Positions 51,914 to 60,777 of a stretch of DNA of 64,000 bases are shown piece after piece. The notes below the pieces were generated by a model, which had not been told where the DNA came from, made no database searches, and saw only the letters and a list, made by a program, of their open reading frames with translations. The stretch's first letter is position 1. Every line of letters starts with the position of its first letter. Origin of the DNA: Longimicrobiales bacterium (lineage in GTDB: Bacteria > Gemmatimonadota > Gemmatimonadetes > Longimicrobiales > Gaopeijiaceae); NCBI GenBank assembly GCA_965238005.1, contig OZ250165.1, forward strand, positions 2,624,001 through 2,688,000, written 5' to 3'. The position numbers were made by a program, and so were the translations under genes.

Positions 51914-53196
51914 CGTCCGTTCTCCATCGAAGTCGTCCCTGGTCCAGCGGGAGTGTCGAAGCCGCCCACCGCCCGTTCGAGGTCATAGTAGGCAGTCCAC
52001 AGGTCGGCTTTGAGCCGTGCCTGGGCCGTGTGCGCGTCCCAAAGCGCCTCGGCGGCGTCCAGGAGCTGCACCAGATCCATCTCCCCGGCGTCGTATGCCA
52101 CTTGGGCGATCTGAAGGAGATCCGGGTCCTCATCCAAGAGGTTCTCCCCCAGGAGCTCGCTACGGCCACGGAGGCTCCGATAAGACTCGATCGCCCCGCG
52201 CACATCGTTCTCCACTTGCCGCGAAGTCAGTGCAAGACGCTCCTCGGCAAACCGGACCTGTGCTTCGGTGGCCTCTACGGCTCCAGCACTCCGGTCGAAC
52301 AAGGAGAGGGGGATGGACAGGCCCAGGAAGAGGCCACGGAAACCGTCGGATTGCCGTTTGGAACCGCCGGTGGCTGTGATGTCGGGAATGCGTTCTGCTC
52401 GAGCGAGGCGGACCCCCGCCCGAGCGGCCTCCACCTCCGCACGCGCTGCCGCGACCTCCTGTCGCCGAGAAATCGCACCCTCCAAGACGCGGTCCAGAGT
52501 CGGCTCGGGGGGTGAGACGCCGAGTGGGTCGCTGGGGGGCACCTCCGCAGCCTCTGCCTCGGGAAGAACCAGGAGGGCCAGGGCTCTTCGAGAGGCCGAA
52601 ACGGCCAATCGGGCGTCGGCGAGCCGGCTCTCGTAGCGTGTGCGTTCCACGATGAGGCGCCGGAGCTCGTAGAGGGAGATGTCCCCCTCCGATTCTCGCA
52701 CCGCCGCACTCCGAGCACCCTGCCGGAAGACTTCGGCGACTCGCTCCGTTACAGCCAGGCGGTCCTCTGCCATGGCCGCCTCCACAAAGGCTTGTTTCAC
52801 CGAAAAACCGAGGCGTGCACTGTCGGCCCGCATGCGTGCCTCGGCGGCCCCTAGAACCCCGTTCGCTGCCGCAGCCCGGGCGCTGCGCTCGCCCGGCAGT
52901 TCGAAGCGTTGGCTGACGGTGACATACGTCTCAGAGTAGTCTTGGCCATCCCGGGAAAGCGGCTCATGTGTGACGGATGCCGTTGGGTTTGGGAAGGCAT
53001 TCGCCTGCCGTGCGAGGCCCGCCGCCTCCGCTCGTCGGGAGCGTGCGAGGCGGAGCTCCAGGTTGTTCGCGGCGAAAAGCCGAAGGGCTTCCTCTAGACT
53101 TACTCGCCTCGTGGGTTCTTGGGCCGCTGCGGTGGTGGTCAAGAAACCGAGGGTGGCCACCAGCAAGAGGATCTTGGTCGTATGGTTCACGAGCAT
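51910..53196 (-). CDS. TolC/CzcC-family outer membrane efflux protein
   Basis: Signal peptide, LEEAL..NNLEL, PNP, LSIPLSLFDR, AYDAGE, LERAVG. Confidence 0.88.
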   Translation of the reverse strand: MLVNHTTKILLLVATLGFLTTTAAAQEPTRRVSLEEALRLFAANNLELRLARSRRAEAAGLARQANAFPNPTASVTHEPLSRDGQDYSETYVTVSQRFELPGERSARAAAANGVLGAAEARMRADSARLGFSVKQAFVEAAMAEDRLAVTERVAEVFRQGARSAAVRESEGDISLYELRRLIVERTRYESRLADARLAVSASRRALALLVLPEAEAAEVPPSDPLGVSPPEPTLDRVLEGAISRRQEVAAARAEVEAARAGVRLARAERIPDITATGGSKRQSDGFRGLFLGLSIPLSLFDRSAGAVEATEAQVRFAEERLALTSRQVENDVRGAIESYRSLRGRSELLGENLLDEDPDLLQIAQVAYDAGEMDLVQLLDAAEALWDAHTAQARLKADLWTAYYDLERAVGGFDTPAGPGTTSMENGR

Positions 53197-53311
53197 GACT
53201 CCGGGTTTCGTATGCCGATTCGGCACCGCTGCAGTGGGATGGGCGCCGAAGCGTCTGTGTTCTAGGGAACTACGGCTTGGGGTCCGGGCGCCGGAGGGCG
53301 CTCGGTATTTA

Positions 53312-54125
53312 GGGCCTGTTAACACTATCTGAGGGCTTCGACGATGAGCGCGAAGTGAATGAAGGCCGTAAACATCACGTCGAGCTTATCGAAGCGGGAG
53401 AAGATTCTCCTAAAACCTTTGAGTCGCCGAAACAACCGCTCTATTTCGTTGCGGCGGCGATACATGACTCGGTCGTATTGCCACGGGCTAACACGCTTCT
53501 GTTTGGGTGGCACGACGGGGGTAAACCCCAGCTCCAACACCAATTGCCGTGTTTCCTGCCCCTCGTACGCCCGGTCCATGATCATGCACACCGTGGGGTG
53601 TACCGGCCTCAACGTACGTAGCAGTTCCCGTCCTTCCGGCGCGTCGTGCTTGTGGCCTGGCGATAGCGAGAAGGTTATCGCGGTTCGAGCATCTGCGGCA
53701 ACCATATGAATTTTGGTGGTCCAGCCTCCACGCGACTTACCGATGGCCTGCGGGCCGTTTTTTTTAGCGCGCCCGTGCCATCAGGATGCACCTTGACGAT
53801 GGTACTGTCGATCGACAGCGCTTCGATCTTGATCCGGATGATTTGCTGGTCTTGCAAGGCCGCAAAGACACGATCCAGCACACCTGCCCTGGCCCAGCGA
53901 TTCATTCGGGTGTAGATCGTATGCCAGTTACCGAAGCGCGGAGGCAACCCGCGCCATTTGCAGCCGTGTTCGGCCACATACAGGATCGCGTTAAGCACTT
54001 CGAGATTGGAGAGGCTCACATTGCCGCGCTGACGCGGAAAGCAAGCCTCTATCTGACGATATTGGGACTCTGTGATTTTCATAGCCCCAATATACTACAA
54101 ATTGCTCCGTAGTGTTAACAGGCCC
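53312..54125 (-). mobile_element. IS5-family element with split (frameshift-type) transposase
   Basis: 16-bp perfect IRs GGGCCTGTTAACACTA, TA duplication; orfA 54082-53675 (GCKWR.LP..FG.W.TIY.R) and orfB 53705-53325 (DRAY, RNEIERLFRRLK.FRRI..RFDK) joined at an A8 run. Confidence 0.92.
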
Positions 54126-54460
54126 TAGATGGAGAGGGGGGGTGCGCGTGGGGAGGTGGAAGGGGGAGCGCGCTCGTGTGGAAGGTCGCCTTGGGGGGGC
54201 GGGTCCGCGGCCGCGACCAACACCGGACGATCGGCGATCCTCGTCGTTCCGGCGGGCATGGCATGTTGAACAGCGACCGTGGGGATTTGGTCCGTCTGCT
54301 CCGTCAGTATGACCCCGTGCCCGTGGTGGTCGGGGACGACAAGTTCGATGACGTCATCTCCAGGCACCCCGTGACTGTGGGACGGAAGGCCAGTACCCAG
54401 TGCTCCGAGGATTAGGAGCAGGATGCAGGACAACAACCTGAAGGATGATGATCGTCGCAT
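54125..54460 (-). CDS. His-rich leader protein with C-terminal RAPP motifs (CzcI/DUF2946/CruR-like)
   Basis: Hydrophobic N-terminus, SHSHG, DHHGHG, ends HERAPPSTSPRAPPLSI; first gene before the efflux operon. Confidence 0.65.
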   Translation of the reverse strand: MRRSSSFRLLSCILLLILGALGTGLPSHSHGVPGDDVIELVVPDHHGHGVILTEQTDQIPTVAVQHAMPAGTTRIADRPVLVAAADPPPQGDLPHERAPPSTSPRAPPLSI

Positions 54461-55026
54461 GGGTGGGATCATGGGCGGCAGGCAGGGTTGAGTCAACCCG
54501 GGACTCCTCGGGGATGCGATGCCGAGCCCGGAGCCAGGCTGGGGGAACCGTTCGCCAACCTTACTGAAACTTCTGCGGGCTTTTCATCGGGCTAGGAACA
54601 GCGACTAAGCCCTTCTCCTGCTCTATGAACAGGCGGTCAGCAGCGGGTTAGGCCCCTATCCAGGCCAACCCCACGGCATCGTGCGCATGTTGGTGTGCAT
54701 GTTCGGCTTCGTAAAACGCCAAGTGCGATCACGGCTCCCTGTTATGGGAGTCCCGTTTCCTCGTGGGATGGAGTGATACTGACGTTGACTTGTCTCGTCC
54801 TACGGCATTCCCTTTCGGTCGTGGGTCATTCAGACCGATTGGAGTTCTCCCGCTGTGTCCGTCTAAGTCCCAGAGAGTCCGTATTCTATGGGGTTTCGGA
54901 GACTACCCACTCCGTGGGTTTCCGGCTAAGTCCGGCTAGTTCCGTCCTGTCGGGTAACACTTCGGGTAACACCCCCCACTTCAGGTGGGGGAGGCTTCGG
55001 TCTCCCCCGTCCCCGCTTCCTTCAGT

Positions 55027-55057
55027 GATTCGAACCGGCGACCCCCTGAACCCCATT
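55027..55057 (-). repeat. tRNA-Pro(GGG) fragment, probable att remnant
   Basis: Minus strand A-ATGGGGT-TCAGG-GGGTC-GCCGG-TTCGAAT-C: anticodon loop to T-loop only. Confidence 0.65.
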
Positions 55058-55234
55058 ACACATAGGTTATACGCCAAATCACGGGAGATGCCCGGTTTCC
55101 TTCGCGTTTCGGAGAAAATTTCCTGGAGTCGGAATCGCCGTTTCCGGGCATCCAAATACGTCAAGTATTGGAGCGCGCCTTCGGGAGGATCTCGAATCGG
55201 GAATCGCTCCCCCTGGGACTTTCCCTTCGAGAGG

Positions 55235-55364
55235 TGGGACCGATTGCAGCGACGGCGGCCGCGGCCGCGGAGAGGATGAGCTCGTAGCCGGGGATGAAGC
55301 GACGGATCGTCTCGTCACAGGCGTCGATGTCGACACGCAGATGTTGTCGGGCGCTGTAGGGCAT
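55235..55364 (-). pseudogene. Possible SAM methyltransferase N-terminal fragment
   Basis: MPYSARQHLRVDIDACDETIRRFIPGYELIL.., then similarity is lost near the element junction. Confidence 0.35.
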
Positions 55365-55436
55365 GACGTGAGACTTCAGCGGGCGGTGGGGCTCCTCAAC
55401 CCCGGTCCAGCACATCGTGGACTCCGTCTTCGCCGT

Positions 55437-55874
55437 CTACGAGGGCTCCAGCCGGAGCGTCACCGCATAGTCGCCAGCGGGGATAGTGGAATCTGAAGTC
55501 GGGCTCGGCGTGACTTCCAATAGGGTCACCACCACGCCGTTCCACTCCCCCGACTGTGGCTCGAGGCTAGTGTTCAGCTGGAGCGCGTGCGTCGGCCCCG
55601 TGCCCGCGCCGATGCCCACCTGCACGCTGGCATTTCCCTCCCACACACACACGACGTCCGTGGCGCACCGGGAGTCCTCCAGTACGGCTTCGAAGCTGAT
55701 CCGGATCAACGTCCCTGCCACGAAACGGTCCTCCCCGTGCTGGAGCGTGACCTCGATGGGGCCGTTGACCAACGCTCTCTCGAGATTCACCTCAGGCCCG
55801 GTGTTCGATCCACAGCCGGACAGGGCGGCCACCGCCGCCACGCAGAGCATCTTCCTCACCACCATCCTCCTCAT
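55437..55874 (-). CDS. Putative lipoprotein
   Basis: LSGC lipobox; EDSRC..DVVCVWEG motif. Confidence 0.75.
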   Translation of the reverse strand: MRRMVVRKMLCVAAVAALSGCGSNTGPEVNLERALVNGPIEVTLQHGEDRFVAGTLIRISFEAVLEDSRCATDVVCVWEGNASVQVGIGAGTGPTHALQLNTSLEPQSGEWNGVVVTLLEVTPSPTSDSTIPAGDYAVTLRLEPS

Positions 55875-56029
55875 CGTTGATACTGGTCTTCGTTCAGACG
55901 TTCATACGCTGAATGAACGAACCAATACCGCCGAATGTGACACCCTCGAATATAAAATATGCCTCGTGCCGCAGGGCTACGAGGTCGCGTGGTGCGGCCC
56001 TACACCCGTTGGGACGTCCCGACCTTCCG

Positions 56030-56269
56030 TTATTCCGCCGTTCGAAGGTGACTGAAACCCGAATCTTCCCCGAGCATCTGCTCGTCGAGCCACCGGTCGA
56101 GGATGCTCTTTCGAAAGCGCCATTCCTTTCCAAGTTTGGTGGCCGGAATGCGCTTTTCCTGGGCCCACTTATAGATCGTTTGGGGCGTCAGACGCAGGTA
56201 CTCGGCGACCTCTTCGAGAGTGAGGATGTCGTGGCTGGCATGTGCGGCGTTCCGGCGGCTGTCGGTCAT
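56030..56269 (-). CDS. Excisionase/BldC-like helix-turn-helix DNA-binding protein (HTH_17)
   Basis: ILTLEEVAEYLRL..QTIYKWA...IPATKLGKEWRF....LDRWL. Confidence 0.85.
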   Translation of the reverse strand: MTDSRRNAAHASHDILTLEEVAEYLRLTPQTIYKWAQEKRIPATKLGKEWRFRKSILDRWLDEQMLGEDSGFSHLRTAE

Positions 56270-56273
56270 ACGA

Positions 56274-57089
56274 TCATTGCAGCGTGTCGGAAGTGTCGGC
56301 GGGCTGAAGGAGCTCCTCGATGCGGAGCTGCCCCACGCTATCCGGGCTCACCTCTCTTGGTCGGTCCTCCCCTTGAAACAACTGGTTCACGGAATAGACG
56401 ATAGCTGCGTAGAAGTTCCCCTCGTAGTCTCGGAACAGGGTGAAGGGCTGGCCGCGGTCCCCGAGGAAGGGGCGCAGATTCCACGCCATCTGGATGCCGA
56501 CGAAGGCAAAGAGCACAGCCCATGCCCGCATGATTGTAATTGCCTTCTTGGGATACACGCCTCGTTTCTCACAGACGAGCGTGAGGCCCTCGTGCAAGGC
56601 GTACATACCCAGGAGGCCAGCTGTGAGCACAATGAGAACGTGCAGCAGTTCCAGGAAGTAGTAGTTCGCGCCAGTGATCATGAAGAACGCGGTGATGGGG
56701 ATGAAGGCCGCGAGCAGGATCGCTGTCAGTGCGAGCGCGCCGAGTACGAACACCAGTAGCTGGAGGAGGCGCAAGCGCGAACCAACCAGGATTTGAACAA
56801 CGAAAAACGCGGGAAAGCAAACTGCGAAGGTCGCAAGTAAGAGGAGCGGGAGCTTGAGAGCGGCGGACAGAGCTTGAAGGCTGCCTGAGTAGACGCCGGC
56901 TACCGCCCCGTAGAAAGCCGCCAGTCCAACCAGTGTCGCCAGTGCATAGCGGAGCTTGCCCGTCAGATCCGTTCCTTCGACGACCTCGCTAAAGAACCGC
57001 TCTCGGTCGCTCAGTAGCGAGAAAAGGAAACCCTGATAGCCGGCTTGGACGGGCTGGGATTCAGACGGTCCGGAGGGTGGTGTCATCAT
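56274..57089 (-). CDS. Multi-pass membrane protein
   Basis: Several TM segments, KLPLL, VGIQMAWNLRPF.G; 4 bp upstream of the HTH gene. Confidence 0.75.
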   Translation of the reverse strand: MMTPPSGPSESQPVQAGYQGFLFSLLSDRERFFSEVVEGTDLTGKLRYALATLVGLAAFYGAVAGVYSGSLQALSAALKLPLLLLATFAVCFPAFFVVQILVGSRLRLLQLLVFVLGALALTAILLAAFIPITAFFMITGANYYFLELLHVLIVLTAGLLGMYALHEGLTLVCEKRGVYPKKAITIMRAWAVLFAFVGIQMAWNLRPFLGDRGQPFTLFRDYEGNFYAAIVYSVNQLFQGEDRPREVSPDSVGQLRIEELLQPADTSDTLQ

Positions 57090-57460
57090 GGGTACCTCGC
57101 GGAGCAGGACCCGTAGGTTTGTCAGTGTTTGATAGTGTTTACATAGCTATCCTACGCTTTATTAGTGTTTGATGCAATTTGTCAAAACGACCACACGGGG
57201 AGTTCCGAACCCACTCGGCTCCCCCGCACCCTCCATCGCCTTCTCACCGGCCCCTACGGCACCCTCCCCCTCCCGATCGTGTTCGTGTCCGTCCCAAACC
57301 AGATGGTCCGTGTAGCCTCGTGGAAGGGATAGGCCATTCCCAAAGGCCTTTGGCCGAGTTCAGCATCCTCCTCGGGCGAGCCGAGGCACCTCAAGGACAT
57401 CCCCTTGCGAGGCCGTGCCCAGTTCAAGGTGCACGCTCGCCGTTCGCCCATGCAAGGACG

Positions 57461-57629
57461 AGCCGACAACGCCCCTCTAAGCCACGAGTACGCTCCGGCC
57501 TACCTCCTCCCAGATACCGAATAAAACCTGAAGACGCGCAGAACGCGCTCTCAGGCGTTCTGCTTGCGCCTACTGGACCACTCTCGGATGTTCACCACGG
57601 TCTGATCCTCCGATGCTGGGGAACGCTCG
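57461..57629 (+). repeat. Conserved non-coding element, copy 1, upstream of kinase stub B
   Basis: Shares AAC..TCTAAGCCACG..ATACCGAATA..GAAGACGC..CAGAACGCG..GTTCTGCTTGCGCCTAC with 58840 and 63038. Confidence 0.85.
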
Positions 57630-57791
57630 ATGTCCGATCCCATCGTCCGCCTGAACACAGCCCTAGAAGGCCGCTACGCCATCGAGCGTGAGCTTGGTGA
57701 AGGTGGGATGGCTACGGTCTATCTGGCCGACGACCTACGCGATGAACGGAAAGCCGTGCTAAAGGTCCTCAAACGTGAGGAAAATCGGTGA
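57630..57791 (+). other. Ser/Thr kinase N-terminal stub B (53 aa)
   Basis: MSDPIVRLNTALEGRYAIERELGEGGMATVYLADDLRDERKAVLKVLKREENR*; stop overlaps GTG of next ORF (GTGA). Confidence 0.85.
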
Positions 57792-58180
57792 GTACGGACG
57801 ACGGCGGCGTTTGGGATCGTGCCCAGAAAGCCCTGGACGAGAGCTCGTCGCACATGGCCGAGCGGAGCGCCCTCAGGGTGCGACTCACGGCGTACATCGC
57901 TGAGCGGAGCGCCTGCGAGGCTAAGGGCACAGTCCCTCGCGGCGTTCGGAGACGGGGGGAGCGGCTCCTCGAGGAAGTCTCCGCTCTTGAGGAGCGCTTA
58001 GACCCGGTCGCCGATCGGATAGCAGAAGGAGACGCAGCCGTCCTCGTGGACGATGGAGCCACAAAAGCAACCGCCCCCACACGCCGCCTTGACACGGTGG
58101 GGGGAGAGGCTAAGCCTCCGCCTCCGCCACCTCCTTCGCCTCGAGTAACGCGTCCTCCGAGCCGAGGGTGTGGGGGTTGA
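57788..58180 (+). CDS. Hypothetical protein
   Basis: 130-aa ORF with GAGGA RBS, coupled to stub B. Confidence 0.45.
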   Translation: MSTDDGGVWDRAQKALDESSSHMAERSALRVRLTAYIAERSACEAKGTVPRGVRRRGERLLEEVSALEERLDPVADRIAEGDAAVLVDDGATKATAPTRRLDTVGGEAKPPPPPPPSPRVTRPPSRGCGG

Positions 58181-58235
58181 GAAGGCGCTCGAAGTCCCGG
58201 CGAGGTCTGAGTAGCATCCACTCAGGAGGGCATCT

Positions 58236-58763
58236 ATGTCGGGCAAGGCGATACGGAAGCACGAACTGCGGAAGGCGGCTCGTGAGCACGTTGACCACGA
58301 AATGGCTCGATTCCTTGACTTGCATGTCGAGATCAATCGGGGATCGCACCAAGGGATCGTGCTCGGTGCAATTCTCACGGCGTACGCTTCTCACGCTCGC
58401 AACCTGCTCGAGTTCTTTAAAGAACGCACGCCCACGAGACCCGCGCTTCATCCGGGAACGGCCTACTTCAGTCTCTACCTCCCTTCGGGTGTCTTGAACC
58501 GGTTTGCGGGGCTGTACAACGGGCCAGAGGAGCACGTTTGGTCTCGCGCTACACAGCAGGTGGCGCACTTGAGCGGCTTCCGCGCTGGGGCCGATCTAAG
58601 ACGAAAGCGCTGGCGAAGGCTCAAGGAGTGGGGCAGCCGCTATCACCGAGACGCCATCCTCCCGAAGATCAGAACGGCCCTGGACGAAGTGCGGGGTGCG
58701 GCCACAACCTTCCCGAGCACCTTCGCTGCCTTCAGACGATGGGAAGCGGCAGGAAAGCCTTAG
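58236..58763 (+). CDS. Hypothetical protein
   Basis: AGGAGG RBS; 175 aa, HARNLLEFF and QVAHLS motifs. Confidence 0.6.
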   Translation: MSGKAIRKHELRKAAREHVDHEMARFLDLHVEINRGSHQGIVLGAILTAYASHARNLLEFFKERTPTRPALHPGTAYFSLYLPSGVLNRFAGLYNGPEEHVWSRATQQVAHLSGFRAGADLRRKRWRRLKEWGSRYHRDAILPKIRTALDEVRGAATTFPSTFAAFRRWEAAGKP

Positions 58764-58839
58764 CTTGGTCATCGCGTGCTTTTCGCGCTGGGGCTGCCAT
58801 TGGTGTGGCTGTAGCGAGCCGTCCGAGGCCGAACCCGTT

Positions 58840-58995
58840 AACGGCGTTCTAAGCCACGCGAGCGTTCCAGCCTACCCAGGATACCGAATAAACCCCGAAG
58901 ACGCTCAGAACGCGAATACAGGCGTCTGACAGGGTTCTGCTTGCGCCTACTGGACCGCTCTCGGATGTTGAGTACACTCTGATCCCGGAGTGCCC
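58840..58995 (+). repeat. Conserved non-coding element, copy 2, upstream of kinase stub C
   Basis: Same motif blocks as the 57461 and 63031 copies. Confidence 0.85.
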
Positions 58996-59655
58996 ATGTC
59001 CGATCCCATTGAACGCCTCAATACCGCTCTAGGGGGCCGCTACGCCATCGAGCGAGAGTTGGGTGAGGGCGGCATGGCCACGGTCTATCTCGCCGAGGAC
59101 CTCAAGCTTCACCGCAAGGTCGCCTTGAAGGTCCTACGACCGGAACTGGCCGCGGCACTCGGCCCCGAGCGTTTCCTCCGCGAGATCGAGATTGCCGCCA
59201 AGCTGCATCACCCACATATCCTTGCGCTCCACGACTCGGGCGAGGCCGATGGCTTTCTCTACTACGTGATGCCTTACGTCGAGGGCGAATCACTCCGCGA
59301 TCGCCTGAATCGGGAGAAACAACTTCCCGTCGAGGACGCCCTGCAGATCGCTCGGGAAGTGGCGGACGCGCTCGGCTCCGCCCATCGCCACGACGTCATC
59401 CACCGCGACATCAAGCCGGAGAACATCCTGCACGGCGTCGTCCACCGCGACATCAAGCCGGGCAACATCCTGTTGAGCGAGCAGGGAAAGCCACTCGACA
59501 CCGGAGGGGAACATCATGCGGTATCTCATCCTGGCCCTGGCTCTGAACACCGGCCTCACCGCCTGCGCCAGCGGCGGTGCGGGGAGTGGGGGAGCCGGCG
59601 GGGCGCGGAACCTGATCACCTTCGAGGAGATCAGGCGGGTGGACAATCTTCGTGA
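58996..59655 (+). pseudogene. Truncated Hanks-type Ser/Thr kinase (stub C, to the catalytic loop)
   Basis: GEGGMATVY, VALK, HPHI, HRDIKPEN followed by a second HRDIKPGN; no DFG/APE; frame runs on into the next gene. Confidence 0.88.
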
Positions 59656-59905
59656 TGCGTACGAGATGGTGCAGATTTTACGGCCGCTCTGGCTCCGGGC
59701 CCGCGGAACGGTCAGGCCGACAGATCCGAACGCGAGCCTGCCCAGGGTCTACGTGGACGAACTGTGGTTCGGACTGGGGCTCGAACACCTGCGGAGGATC
59801 ATCTCCACCACGGTCCATCAGATGCAGTTCCTCGATCGATCTGAGGCAGAGATGCGGTACGGGTCGGGGCACCCGGGCGGGATCATCATGGTCCTGACCC
59901 GGTAA
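59516..59905 (+). CDS. Small lipoprotein (TonB-receptor-plug-like)
   Basis: GGAGG RBS, LTAC lipobox, LRPLWL, RYGSGHPGGII. Confidence 0.7.
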   Translation: MRYLILALALNTGLTACASGGAGSGGAGGARNLITFEEIRRVDNLRDAYEMVQILRPLWLRARGTVRPTDPNASLPRVYVDELWFGLGLEHLRRIISTTVHQMQFLDRSEAEMRYGSGHPGGIIMVLTR

Positions 59906-59996
59906 GGCGGCGTGCGCGCATGGGCCTAAAGCTTTTCGCAGTCGGCGCTGTGGTCGCTGCCATATTTCCGGCACCGTCACTAGCGGGCCAAGGCAA

Positions 59997-60278
59997 TTGG
60001 CGTGGAGACTGCTGGCCATTGGCTACATCATGGCGTTCGCAGGGTGGATCGCGTTTGCTGTTCCGAATCTCTGGTCGCAGGCCCTTCCTCGTTGGAACCG
60101 ATTGCCGCTGTTGATCGGGCTGATCCCAGTGGCGGGGGCGGTTTTCATTTACCTAAGCGACTGGGTTCTAGCCATCGGGGCCGGCCTCTTCGGCGTGGCA
60201 TGGCTCCTACTGGGCTACGCCGTCTGGTCCGCCGAAGGTGTCCCTGCCGGAGGGACCACGGAGACGCCCCAGGCTTGA
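59997..60278 (+). pseudogene. Membrane protein C-terminal fragment 1
   Basis: LPRWNRLPLLI..LFGVAWLLLGYAVW; no convincing start. Confidence 0.45.
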
Positions 60279-60327
60279 ACACGCCATTGTCGCCGAAGTT
60301 CAGGACATCGTCGTCCAGAACTGCTGA

Positions 60328-60660
60328 GTGCTGTCAGGACCTCAGTTTGAGATGTCCTCGAACAAGCTGATCCGCTTCGAGGACCGGGCTTTGCGCCACT
60401 GGAATGGCATTCCCCTCATTATCGTACTGCTGCTAACTGGATGGATGATCGAGTCTCCCAGATGGATGCCATTGCTGCTCATGACGTTGTTCGGTGTGGG
60501 TTGGGTGATGCTCGGCTATGAACTCTGGCGCGTTACCCGATTGGATCACGGTAAAGCCACGATAATCCGATCAGGCTGGGCCAGCCCGTTCATATCTTCT
60601 GGGGGCCACGCATCAGTCCGATCCAGCCATCGCCCAACCTCAGCATCACCCATAGCTTGA
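60328..60660 (+). pseudogene. Membrane protein C-terminal fragment 2 (paralogous to fragment 1)
   Basis: LRHWNGIPLII..LFGVGWVMLGYELW. Confidence 0.45.
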
Positions 60661-60777
60661 GCGCATGGGCATGGTGAGGCTGTCGCGGTAGGCATCCGGC
60701 TCGCGTACTTCGCTTGCGGTCGGCATCTTGGACGCGCAGTAGAGTCGCAGAGACGTTAGACCGTCGGGAGGATAGCC

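Noticed and set aside
53675..53770. IS5 transposase as a broken pseudogene
   Set aside because: The split at an A-run with overlapping ORFs and perfect IRs fits the known programmed-frameshift organisation
54888..54895. ATGGGGTT inverted relative to the tRNA-Pro anticodon loop at 55049-55056 as an invertible site
   Set aside because: Only 8 bp; could be chance, and no recombinase adjacent
54695..55279. 194-aa plus-strand ORF
   Set aside because: Spans repeats, a hairpin and the tRNA fragment; looks non-coding
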